Below are positions 47,511 through 64,000 of a DNA stretch of 64,000 bases, in pieces. The position numbers and the translations under genes were made by a program. The notes under the pieces are model-generated. The model was not told where the DNA came from, ran no database searches, and worked only from the letters and a program-made list of their open reading frames with translations. Source of the stretch: Phaeosaccion multiseriatum (lineage: Eukaryota > Protista > Ochrophyta, other classes); the NCBI GenBank assembly GCA_965112735.1, contig OZ218952.1, positions 2,356,001-2,420,000 of the forward strand, written 5' to 3'. The stretch's first letter is position 1. Every line of letters begins with the position of its first letter.

Positions 47511-49117
47511 ATGGCTGCGGCCTCGGTCCCAGTGAGGCAATGGGGCGCTGTTCGGCGCAACTTCTTGTGCATGAGTAAGTTCCTTAAAAAGAAATTTCCC
47601 TTTCTTCCCTCACTCAACACCTTCTCCATTTTACCCCGATGGTGCTCGCTCCTCACCTTGCAATTACCCACGCTGCTCCGAAACCTTTCGCAGCCGCCTC
47701 GATGGTCCTCGGCGACCTCGCGTGCCAGTTTTTGGAGGTCGAGGAGGAAAGAGAGAGCGAGGCTGCATCACAGCCGAGAGGAGCAGGAGCAAGAGCTCCT
47801 CCCTCCTTTCAATGGGACTCCACTAGATCGCTTCGAATGTAAGGTTGTTTTGTCATGCGGCCCCCTTCTTTCTTCACTCTGTCTGTCGTCCTTCCCATCC
47901 TCATCTTGCTGACGACCCCCGACTTATCCCCCGACACAGGGCCGTCACGGGACTCGCCGTTGTAAGCCCGGGAAGCTACCTCTGGAATTACGTTGCAGAA
48001 CGGGTGGCCCCGGGTGTGGGAGTGAGGCAAGTCCTCAAGAGAATAGGGGTGCAGATGGTTTTCATGCCTCCCATGATCAGCAGCCAACTGAGCGCGCTCA
48101 CCCTCCTCGAGGGCAAGGGTTGGGATGGGGTGAAGCAGAAGCTCTCAGAGGACTTGGGCCCGATATGTGTGGCGGGCTCATGCTTCTGGCCCTTTGTAGG
48201 CGCGGCAGTGCATACCAATGTGCCGCTTGTCAACCGCCCCATCTTTTTCAGCAGTGCGGGCCTGTTCTGGAATGTGGTGAGTGAGTGAGTGGGGGATGGA
48301 GGGGGGAGGGAGGGAAGGAGTGAATGAATGAGTGAGTTGAGTGAGTGGGCGAGTGAGTGAGTTGAGTGAGTGAATTGAGCGAGTGAGTCAGTGAGTGAGG
48401 GTGAGTGGGTGAATGGAAGCCTGCGCGAGGGCTGATTGAGTGTATGAATGCAGGAGTGTGTGGGTGAATGAGGCTGCAAAGTGCCCTTCACGCCTTGCCT
48501 TTTAAAAGTTAGAACAAATCGCTCTCTTCTCCTGTATTCCCTTAAACTGTGATGCTTACGTTTGCCTCCCGCCCCCCCCCCCACCCTCTTTGTTCCACGA
48601 AACTCTCGTCTCCCACTCCACAACTCGGCTCATCTCGTCCTCTCTCAAGTTCTTAAGCTTCCAGGCCAATAACAACGGCGGCCTGGTTGCTGTTGTTGAC
48701 GATGGGGAGCGTGATAGTAGCAGTAGGATACATGAGGCCGCAGTATCACCACCAGTGCGGCAATCAGCAACAGCCGCAGCAGGGGCAGCAGCAGGGGATG
48801 AAGGAAGGGCGATAGGGAAGTTCTCGGAGCGAAGGCCTCCCGACTCCGCAGCCGCTTCAGAGGAAAGCACAAACCAGCCTGTTCTATCGCCTGCGCTGCA
48901 AGAGCAGCAGCAGCAGCAGCAGCAGAAGCAGCCAAAAGAGTACAAACTTCCCTCCGTCAAGATCGCTGTGCCTCCTCTCATGCGGCAGGACCAAGCGAAT
49001 GTGCATGAGACCACCAGGCGACGCTTCGTGGCGCAGCGTCAAAAGACGGCACTACAATCCATCACTGAAGACGGAAGAGTGAAAGTGCGGAGAAGGAGGA
49101 CGGTGACCTCAATGTGA
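47511..49117 (+). CDS. Mpv17/PMP22 family membrane protein, about 4 exons
   Basis: LGDLACQFLE, WDSTRSLRM, QMVFMPP, FWPFV...VPLVNR...WNV|FLSF. Confidence 0.85.
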
Positions 49118-49802
49118 GGCAGGGGCAGAGGAAGTGTGCCCACGTACGCGCATGGCGTGAGAGATCCTTGCTTGGCAAGTGACAATGCAGCAGCGCAGTT
49201 GCAGAAGCATCAGCAGCAGAGGGGGACCAGGAGCAGCAGGACGAGACCAGCAGCAGTAGGAGCAAGACCAAGACCACCACAGCAGCAGCAACTGTCTTCA
49301 ACAGCAGCAACACCACTATCTGATTCCAGTGACGAGCACGCACCACCCCCGGCAGCAACACCTCATCCTACCTTCAACCCCCCACGGCCCCCTCGTCCCT
49401 TCCCACTTCGCACTCTTACTCTTTGCTGGTGAGTGCTGGGCCAGCCGTACTGCAGCGAGGAGAGGAGGAGGGGAGCTCTCAGAGAAGCAGGGGAAGCATG
49501 GAGCATGCATGTGGCACCCCTCTACATGGAAGGGGGCCGCAGCAGCAGAAGCGGCAGTGGGATGATCAGCCCCCCAGCCAGCAGGTTACCAACACGGAAC
49601 TATCTTTCAGTCTCTTGGAGGACTGGATTTGGTCAAGGAGGGCGCCAGCCTTGTAAGGACATGGCCTCCGCCCTTGGGCCTTGTTAATAGAGCGAAGTGC
49701 CATCCATCAGTGGATCCACTTCGAACGTCGACCCTCTTCTACAAATACATGGGAAATAATTACATATCATACACGCCATTGCCTGGTGAACCCCTCTCCC
49801 AA

Positions 49803-52800
49803 TCATACCCGCTCCTCCTTTCCTGGAGGAGGGGCAGAGGGAGCCGGAGCGGGGGGGAATCCAACCCCTCTTGACCGCAGTCCTCCACCGCTGCACAGAC
49901 TCTTGCCTTCCACCGGGGCGGAGGGACTCATCTTTCTCGTGGGAAGCCCCGGCTGAGAAGGAGAAGACGGGGTAGGGGCATTGCTGCCGCTACCGCTACT
50001 ACCCCCGCGCTTGTCTCTCTCTCGCTGCGCATCTCGATCCTTCTCTCTGTGCCTCAGAGCCTTTCCTCGCTGCGTCTGCTGTTGCTGCTGCTGTGGCTGT
50101 GCCTGCTGCTGCTGCTGTGGTACTCCACCATGCCTTGCCTTTGGAGTGGACCCTCTCCCCATTGCAACGCCTTCATCTCCATCTCCACCCCCCCCTCCCC
50201 CGCCTCCTCCTCCTCCTCCTCCTCCTCCTCCTCCTCCTCCTCCTCCTCCTCCTCCTCCTCCTCCTCCTCCTCCTCCTCCTCCTACCCTTCGTAACGTCTT
50301 GTGCCCCTTCGGCCTGTCCAACAGTCCATTCGCCCAATCGTCCTCCGCCAACGCCTTGAGCTCTTCATACAAGCTCGCCACCTCCCTTGCTGGGTAGCCC
50401 AACTGCCTCGCCAAGGTTCGCATATCATCCTTTCCGTACGTAGGTATACCCAGCGGTTCCCTCGGCACTCCTCCTCCTCCCCCCCCTTCCGCGCCGTCGG
50501 GTGACCCACCTTCCCCTCCTCCTCCTCCACCACCTCCTCCCTCTCCTTCCCAGAAGCCATTGGCCTCTTGGCGGTTCTTTACGCACGTCACAATGTGGTG
50601 ACTAATGAGCTCCTCCAACAGCCGCTGCACTTCATCTTCGGCGGGCGGCGGGGTCGGGTCCAACCCTTGAGCCCGGTACCTGTTTGCCCCGCGGTGCTTC
50701 TCCATGAAGGGGTGTAACAACAGCTCCTTGGCTGCAGGGGCAAGGGTCGGACGTGAAGCAGAAGGGTGAGGGTCAGAGGCAAGGCTCATGGGTCAGGGTC
50801 GCGGGTCAGGGTCAGGGGGTGAGATGGAGACAAGAGAGAAGAAACACGCAGAGAACGTAAGACACGACGAGGATCAAACCACCACAACACCAACAACAAT
50901 ACCAACACCACCACCACCATCACAACAACAATAATAATAATCACCACCCACAACAACCAACTCGAACACCAACAACGACACCGACAAAGAAGACTTGGGG
51001 TTGTAAGCAAGCAGCAGCAATCACAGCAATCACATCAATGTCTCACCCGAGGGCCTCTTGGCTTGGTCTCTGCACAGCATGAGGCGCACGAAGTCGCACA
51101 TCTCGGGGCTAAAGTCCTTGGGATCGAGCTCTGGGGGGGAGCCCTCCTGAGATGGAGACGCACATGGGTGGATAGAGAGAGAGAGAGGGGGGGGGGGGGG
51201 GTAGGGAGGGAGACAGAGATATGATGACGAAGGGTGAGTGAGGGTGTGGAGAGAGAGAGAAGACACAAGCCGCTTTGTCCCCCACTGCGCTGTGCTGCAC
51301 TGTGCCATCCGCTGCCATGTAATACCATCCAACGCCATTCCAACACCATCCAATGCCATCCTTTTACCGCCCAATGCCGTCACATTACCATCGAAGGCAA
51401 TGCCCGCCCCAACCCCCCTTACCTGAATGGCAGACACCACCGCCCAGTAACCGCCGCTCACAGCAAAGGGGAACCGCCCCTTGGCCAGCGTAATAATGAC
51501 CAAACCGAGACTCCAAATGTCCGACGGATAGGAGTAAGCCTCGTTATTAATTCGCTCGGGTGACATGTAAGTGATGGTGCCCGTAAAGGTGGAGGCGAGA
51601 GAAGCGGTGGCGTTGAGCTCTCTCGCAATGCCGAAGTCGCTAATCTTGACACGCCCCTTGCGGTCCACGAGAATGTTGGAGGGTTTGATGTCGCGGTGGA
51701 TCTTGTGCTGAAGGGGAGAGGGAGGGAGGGATACAAGGAGACGAGTCGGGAGGGGGTTGGAATTTTCGGTTTGGGTTTGGGGAAAGGGGTGGAAGGGCAG
51801 GGGGCTGTGGTTTCCAACCAACCAACCAACCAACCAACCAACCAACCTAACCTAGCCGAGCCAGGTTTGGTGATGGTAATAGTTGCAGCAGCAGAATCAA
51901 CAGCAGGAGCACCAGGAGCAAGAGCACGGGGCCAGGCAAGCGAGCATTACTACACGATGGTAAGCGATTTGGTGGTACAGAGAGACAGTAAAGACCAAGC
52001 CAACCTGTCGGTGCATCTCCGCGAGTCCCTTGAGCACAGAGCGAGACACCACTGCAACGTCGGCCTCGGCCAAAGGCTTCTTCTCCTGCACGAAGCGGTG
52101 GAGGGTGCCTGCATCCATGTACTCCATCACCATGCACACACACCCCTGCAGTGCAGCAGTTGGTGATATGGCAGTAGGAGGGAGGAGGAGGAGGAGGAGG
52201 AGACAAGATGAGCAAACGGTGCAACGCGCACATGCGTGCGCACGCACACACACACACGCCCTCTCACCTTGTCAGGATCTGTATATGCGTCGTGAAAGCC
52301 CACGATGTAGGGGCAAGCGCTTCGCTGGGGAGCCCCGCGTTGTGACAGAGGTGCCATCGGAGTTGCATCACCACTGAGAGGGAGGGAGGGAGGGAGGGAG
52401 CGAGGGAGAGAGAGACAGCAGTGGGGCGAGGGAAGGGGAAGGCCAGGGGGAGGAGCAGAGGGGTACGGGAGCAGAAGGGACAGAGGAGTTGGAGGGAAGC
52501 AGAGGTTAGCATGGCGCACTCAGATGCAGCGAAGGAGGGGTTGACGGAAAGGAGCGGGCGTGAGCAGAGTGGGGCACTCACCCGTTGATGGCAGCTGCAC
52601 CGGCGCCACTACTGTTGCTGCCGCCGCCCCTGCCCAAGGATGATGCGGACTGGCTGCTGAACGCGGATCTCGCCCGCCCGTGAGAGGTCTGTGCACTAGA
52701 CTTTGGCGGCTTATTGTACATCCCTCCGTTGGCAGTAGCAGCAGTAGCAGCAGGAGAAGCAGTGCCGCCTGTCCCCATCCCGTTAGCGGCCCCGGTCCCA

Positions 52801-55455
52801 GCCTCGCCCGTCACTGGGGGGCTGCTCCAAGTAGGGGTGCCGCTTCTCCTTCGCTGCCTCCCTTGGCCATTTGGCGGAGCGCTACCCCCCCCCCGCCCCA
52901 ACCCCCCGTCCTCTTCTTCTGCCTCTGCATCCTCGTCCTCCTCCTCTTCCTCCTCCCCCCATGGTGCCACCTCTTCCTCCGACTGCTCCTCCGTGGGGCT
53001 TCGGCTGCCCATCTCGGAGTCTGTTCCTCCCCTTTCGTTCTCGCTGGTGCGGGGAGAACTGCGCGTATTGTTGTGTGCTGGAAAGTAAGTGCTGCGCTGC
53101 TTACCACCACCCTTGCTCTCCCCCCCCCCTCCTCCTCCGGTGAGGAAGCCACTTGCACTTCGACTGCTCAACCCTCTGGGAGTCAGCACAACCATGTTGA
53201 TGGAGTGCAAGGCCCTCAACTCGCGAACGATTTGATGCCTCTTGTCGTCCTCGTGTACGGCCACCGTCTTCACCGCCACGAGCCGCATGCTTGGAAGGTG
53301 TAGGCCCTTGTATACAGTACCACCAGCACCTAAGGTCATGTGGGTAAGAGAGAGAGAAAGGGATACGAGGGAGAGAGGGGCGGAGAGAGGAAGGGAGGGA
53401 GGGAGGGAGGGAGGGAGGGAGGGAGGGAGAGGGAGAGGGTGGTGGAGGAAGCTTAGTTCATGTGACAGATGAGGGGTGAACTCTGCACAATACCCCCCCC
53501 CACCCCACAAGGGCCCTCCTTAGACCGGTGCCCCCCCCCCCCCTCCGCACCTCTGCCCAGCTCCTCCATGAGTATGGTTGTCTCCGCCGTCTTGCGAGGC
53601 GTGGTTCTTCCGATCATGCGCTCTCTGTCCCTGCTGCTGGTCCTGTTGCCCGGGTTTACTGTCAGCCTTCCCGATGGCGTCCTCAAGGGGGCTGGTGGTT
53701 GTTGTTGTTGCTGTTGTTGCTGTATCGCCAACTGCTGCTGTTGTAAAGCGTCCTCGGCAGATGTCAAGCCCAGCACTAATTTGGGCCGTACATTGTCCTT
53801 CTTCTTCTTTTTCTGCTGCTGCTGCTCCTCAACCGTAGTCGATTGACTGGTCTGCTGATGTGCACCAAGCCCCGGCGACACAGAGGAGTGCGTGCTTGTA
53901 TCACCAACACCTGGTACCGCTGCCACCGCCGCTGCTGCTGCTGCTGTTGCGCCCGCCACAGCCACCTCCTTCTCTGCTGTATCACCAACCACTGCTGCTG
54001 TTGCTGCCACTGCTGCTGTCGCCACTGCTGCCACCGCCGCTGCCGGTCCTTTCCTAAAGTGGTCATCGCTGCTACTCACGCCCGTCTGAGTGGTCATGAT
54101 GGTGTCATTCCCGTAGCTCGAGTCGTCAAGCCCTCCTCCATCCTCCTCCCCCACTGCCTCCATGCCCCCTGAGTGCGAGTCGTGAAAGTGGAAATTGTTA
54201 ATGGGCGGGGCCGAAATCATGCCCTGCGGGCGAATGGTAAACCCTTCCAGATGCAGAGTGCCTCCATCGCTAAAGTCGTAGCTCTGATCGTCGATGCCCC
54301 CTCGCTCCATCATATCGCCACTGCCCTCGAGCTCTAGAGCGAGGGTTTGGTTCTGCTGCAATTGCGCATCAGCAACAGGGCCATTCCCTCCTCCTCCTCC
54401 TCCTCCCCGCCCGCTCGGCAGGTTTCGAATTTTCTCTCGAACCCCTCCCCTGCTCCCTCCTTTGCTCTTGCGCCTCTCCCTCTTGCCGAACTCCTGCTCT
54501 CCCACGTCAATCGCCAGTCCTGGACCTTCCTCCCCTCCCACCGCGATGGACAGACCGAGTTCCATCGTCACTCCTCCTCCTCCTCCTCCTCCTCCTCCTC
54601 CTCCTCCTCCCCCTGACCCACTGCGGTTCCACTGGGTGGAGGAGGCTCCAGGATCAGCCTGTGCCTGTCCCGACAGCGAAGGGTTGGAAAGGAGAAGGGA
54701 CGAGGACGCTTGATACTCGCTGGACCCGCCTCCGCCGCCGACGTCTCCTCCCTCAACGCTTCCACCGCCATTGCCTCTGCCACTTCTCCGGCCACTTTTC
54801 CTGTGACTACCACTACTCCTGCCACTCCGGCCACTGCTGCCGCTGCCGCTGCCATTGGCATTGGCGCTGGCTACACCCTCACTACTCCCCTCCTCATCCT
54901 CATCCTCCTGCGCCGCGCCACCACCACCACCGCCGCCATTGGTGACACTACTGCAACAGCTCGTAACACTCGTGACACTCGTGGGGGTGTCCACATGCAC
55001 GACATCCATTACACCCCCACTCCCACCCCCACCAACGCCTCTCCGTAGCCCGCCCATGCCGGGTGTGGGGCCTGTTGGTCTAAGGGCCCCTACCGCTGCA
55101 TGGGCAATCTCCTCGAGCTCCTCCGAGGAAGCGGCGTCGAAGAAGACCGGCCCTTGTCCCTGACCATGACCCTGGCCCTGTCCCTTTCCCTGCTGCACAC
55201 CCTTGCCTATCACCACCTGACTCGGGCTCTGCCCTTGCCCTTGCCCTTGGCCTAGTCCTTGCCCTACTGCCTCCTTCATACTCCGCACCGTTTGAATGTG
55301 AGAAGGGCCCACATACGGCTTCTTTTTCTTACTACTACCACTGTTGTTATTGCTGCTGCTGTCGTGGTGGTCGTTGTGATGGTTCTGCTTCATCACCCCA
55401 CCATCTGTACCTTCACTACTGCGTACCTCATACGAGGAGGCCCTCCTCCGCTGGC

Positions 55456-55486
<31 letters not shown>

Positions 55487-58400
55487 GTGTGGGGGCAGTT
55501 GAACGAGCTCCCCTCCTTGTTCAGCAGCAGCACCACCACCATCCCCCCCTCCTCCCTCACCGTCACCGAAGCCCTCTACAGGGAACGTCGTCCTAGATCT
55601 ACTACGCGCCCCCCTCCCACCAACACCAGCTGCAGCAGGAGAAGCAGAAGAAGAAGAGCGCCCGCTCCTATTGGCCGGGCGCTGCTGCTGTTGCTGCTGA
55701 TGCTGCTGCTGTTCCCCTCCCACCATGACCGACGTTGATGCTCGCCTCTGTCTCCGGCTGGTGACCCCGGGGGGGCCGTATGCAGGATTGACCTTGGGTG
55801 TCATTTCGACATCACGAGAGGGGGAGCTGTAGCTGCTGCCATTCCACACCCCCATCTCGCCGTCTCTCCCTCCACTCCCCTCCACCACGGGCAGAGGCAG
55901 TCCCCACACCCTCTTCTTGGTGCTGGGGTTGAGAAGTCTGCTGCTCGTTGCTGTCGCCGCTGTCTCTGCCCCGCTCCCAAAGCTGTTCGCCCTCCGCAGG
56001 GAGCCTCTCTCTACACCTCCTCCTCCCTCACCTCCTCCTCCTCCTCCTCCTCCTCCTCCTCCTTCAGCCCCCTCTTTCCGGGTCCATGTATTGGAGACGG
56101 GTGAGTCGTACTGAAAGCGAGTCAAATGCCCCTTCCCTCCTCCCTTCCCGGAGGGGGTGCGTGAGGCAGGTGTGGTGCAGGTGGAGACGATGACGCCAGC
56201 AGCGTTCCTGTCCATTTCTAGCACTCTCTCCATGTCTAGGCCTTTGCCCATAAAGCGCTGAGGCGAAGACCGACTGCTGCTACCATTCTTTGCAGGCTTG
56301 TCGCCCCGAGGGGGTCGGCGCTCTCCCCCCCCTCCCCCTCCTCCTCGACTCGGAAAGCCTACTACTCCTCCCCCTCCTCTTCCTTCGGCACTCGCCGCCC
56401 GGTGCTGGTGTTCGCCGCTGTCTTCGTCGTTGAGAAGGTCCTCCTCCACCGATTCCGCAGAGCTCTCCAGAGACGCCAATGGAGATGTCGGGGAAGACAG
56501 CTCCGCGACATCCTCCTCCTCCTCCTCCTCCACTTCAACACCATCATCGTCATGAGCAGTATGGGAAGGATGGACTCGTCTCCCTTCCCTCGCCCGCTGC
56601 TGCTGCTGCTGGTTCTGGTCCTGCTCGTGCTGCTGCTGCTCACTACTCGCTTGCATGCAGTGGTGGCCTGGGTGGGGGGGCAAGGCGGCGTTGGTGTTGT
56701 CGTCTTCGAGATGCAAGGTGAGGTCAGAAATATGCCTCCGTAGACGCGCTCGACCTGGTCCTACGCCCCCCCCGCTGCCGCCCCGCGGTCCCTGCTGCTG
56801 CCCTTGCCCTCCGTGTGGCGGGGTGGGATTGTTGGTGGCGGTGGTGGTGGGTATGTTGTTGGTGTTTATGTCAGCGGCGGGGTCGGCGAAACCGTCCATA
56901 AAACCATCTGAAAAGGCCCGCCTCTCTCCTCCTCCGGTTCCCAATACTTTCGCCACCCCCCCTCCCCCTGCTGCTGGGGCTACTGTACCACCAACTGCTG
57001 TCTCACCAAGTGACTTCCGTCCCCGCCCCCCAGCAGCATCCGGCGGCACTGGGCTCGGGGTGCTCCAGTTCTCTCCAAACTGCCCCATCGGCGTGAGCTC
57101 GGCCGGACTGGCCTCTCCAATCTCTGACGCCAGCGTACTAAAACTCTCCTCGCCGTCCAAGCCCCCGGGAAAGTGCCGCCGCTGCTCTTGCTGCTGCTGC
57201 TGCTGCTGCCGGTAGAGTTGTTGCTGCTGCTGAGTGTACTCGTTACCCTCCACGTCGTAGTCTTCGTCGTCGTCCCGGTGCTGTTGTATCACCAACTGCT
57301 GCTGCTGCATGGCGTCACCCTCTTGCCCTACACTGAGAGACACAGACGCGGCTGACAGGTTCGAGGTGGATGAAACGTTCAAGTCTCGACACCGCCTGCG
57401 CAGAGCGGCCACTTCCCGGAGGAGGAGCTGCTTGTGCGGCCTGAACTTGACCCCCAGCTCCTCCACATCCGCATCCGATGTGATGCCGAGCAGAGAGGTG
57501 CCGTCGATACCAGCGTCAAGAAAGCTGATGGTGGTGGTGGTGGTGGTGGTGGTGGTGGTGGTGGTGATGCGGGGGGGCATCAAAAGGGGGCGGGGTGAGC
57601 CACGGCACTTACATTTCGTTCGTTCGTTCGTTCAATCAATCGAAGGAGGACAAAGACCTTCAGAGAGGGGTATGGCTGGGTTGCGCTCTTCATCAGATGC
57701 CGTGCAGTAAGGGCAAGGCAGACAAAACACTACAGTCAGCTAGGTAAGCACCATCACCGTTTGAAAAGCTCTGAAAAGCTCTGAAATTCCACCTCCTTCA
57801 CCCTCGACTCTCGAAATAGTCCTTGAGTTGGGGGCCTGTCTGCCTGCTCTCTCTCTCTTCCCTCCCCCTCCCCTCATCAGCTCACGACACCCCCCCCCTC
57901 CTCTTCACGGACCTGCGAAGATACTTGGGTGCACGCAGCGCTTCGAACTGCTGCAGCCACCGCACCACAGTGCTGACGTCCCACTGCAGCGCATCCTCGG
58001 GTAGACCGTCTCGCTCTCGCTCTCCCTATTTCGTTAGTGCGTTCGTTGGGTCGCACAGGTACCCAACACAACAAGAGAGAGAGAGAGAGAGAAACGAGTC
58101 CCATGTTACACACAGGAGGGCTGGGGTGGCATTGCTTAGGGAAGGGAAGGGAAGGGAAGGGGCGGATGTGGGTGTGCGTGTGTGGCGCTCGGGGGCAGCG
58201 GCTCTTGCTCCCTCCTGCTTCATCGTTTTGCTTCTCTGAGGGAGAGAGGTATGACTCACAGGTGCATGGTCCATTTTTCACCCCACGCTAATCTTACCTG
58301 CTGCAACGTAGGCCGGACATGGTCAATATAAGCCGGCGACAAACTCTCGTCTGCGCTCTCCAAAAGACTGCTCTCTCCTCCCCCCATCGCCAGCGCAGAC

Positions 58401-59132
58401 ATGCCTCCCTCGTCCGTCCCCGCCTGCCGTACCCTGACGTTTCCATCATGCCCCGGCTCCACCACAAAGACTTGATCCCTGCCTTGTCCATCCACGCAAA
58501 CAACCTTACACCACCGGCATTCTATCGTAGGTGCACTATCTGGCCCCCCATTCACCCTTCCTCCACTGAGAGGCGAGGACCCCAGTTGCTGCACGTCTTC
58601 CCCAAAGCCCCCCCCAGGCCCACCCAAGAGCAGCCTGGGCAAGAGGTCCGCCCCTCTCCCTTCCTGGTACTGGTGCTGCTGCCCTACGAGAACATCGCCT
58701 CCAGCGGTTGACGGGCGCCTGCTTCGACTCCCGCCACCGCTGCCAACGCCACTCCTTCTCCGACCAAAGTCGTCGTTGTCGTTGCTGCTGCTCCCTCTAC
58801 TGCCGATGGCCCCTCTGCCCCTCCCACCACTTGCACTCTGACCGGAAGCAGCCCCCCCGCTGCTGCTCCCTCCTGCACTCAAGCTCTCCCGACTACTGCT
58901 GGAGTGGAGCCCTCTCACCACTCTCCGGAGGTGGCCTGTTCGCAGCCCCATCGACGCCAAATCCTCCTCCGTGCAATCATCGGCCAGGCAGCCCAGGTCG
59001 TCAAAGCCATTGGCTACCATCTCCTGTGCGTAGCGTGAGGCGTCGTGCTCGGGAATGTTCAGTCCGACCAGCCAGTCCAGCAGGAGATCCACGGGCGAAC
59101 CAGGTTCTGGGTGCTGGTGGTACTGCTGCTGG

Positions 59133-59168
<36 letters not shown>

Positions 59169-59257
59169 ATTGAGTTGACTGAAGAAGCACTCGGGTACGC
59201 GGGTGAGAAGAAAGCAGCTTGCTCTGCACCACTCTTCCTCCTCTCCCTAGCCATCAT
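49803..59257 (-). CDS. MAP kinase kinase (STE7-like) with two N-terminal SAM domains and a very long low-complexity linker
   Basis: Kinase motifs LGRG|AGGTVYK, VAVK, MEYMDAGTL, HRDIKPSN, DFG, STFTGTITYMSPERI, DIWSLG. SAM1: DWLVGLNIPEH...YAQEMVANGFD...DLASMGLRTGHLRRV. SAM2: WDVSTVVRWL...FLDAGIDGTSLL...VEELGVKFRPHKQLLL. Confidence 0.8.
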
Positions 59258-59553
59258 CTGCCCAGATGTGGCTTGGGGAGCTCGGAAAACGAGTAGCAGA
59301 AATAGACGCCAACCGTCCAAAAAGTCAACAACAGGCTCATCGAACACACATCCCAAGTTCTCGCCTACACAACAAGAGCATTGCTTTCGTCCGAGATGCC
59401 GCCCGGTCTCCCTTGTTGAACCCCCCCCTCGGCCCGCCGCCGTTTAGAAAATCGAAATCATTGGCCAAGACTAAGTCAATGGCCCAGGCCCAAGCGCATA
59501 CTGTCATTCCCTGATTCCCTTGCGCTTTGGAAGCACGAAGGGCAACGTAGAGG

Positions 59554-64000
<4,447 letters not shown>

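Overview
Gene-dense, GC-rich eukaryotic nuclear DNA with spliceosomal introns and many microsatellites (GGA/CAG/CA/CT/CCTT). Two genes have signal peptide plus transit-peptide presequences, which suggests an alga with a complex red-lineage plastid (ochrophyte-like; inference). By manual splicing I reconstruct about 19 genes: class V PLP aminotransferase/cysteine desulfurase-like (3'-truncated), BMS1, Myb TF with a Cys/His finger, mitochondrial uS9, a CcmI/CycH-Ig-like protein, SETD9-like, FKBP-ankyrin, Tim21/Coa1-like, mitochondrial carrier, ankyrin protein, SNAPC4-like, MED21, Asp/Asn beta-hydroxylase-like, OXLD1-like, PLAC8-like, fatty acid hydroxylase, PHAX, Mpv17, a tandem-SAM MAP2K, and NAPRT (3'-truncated). 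Most genes sit in tight head-to-head pairs. The most striking non-coding feature is a 381-bp near-perfect palindrome (41870-42250) with TG...CA ends and a 5-bp target-site duplication. Family calls come from motif recognition, not database searches. Most entries in the ORF track are artefacts of low-complexity DNA.
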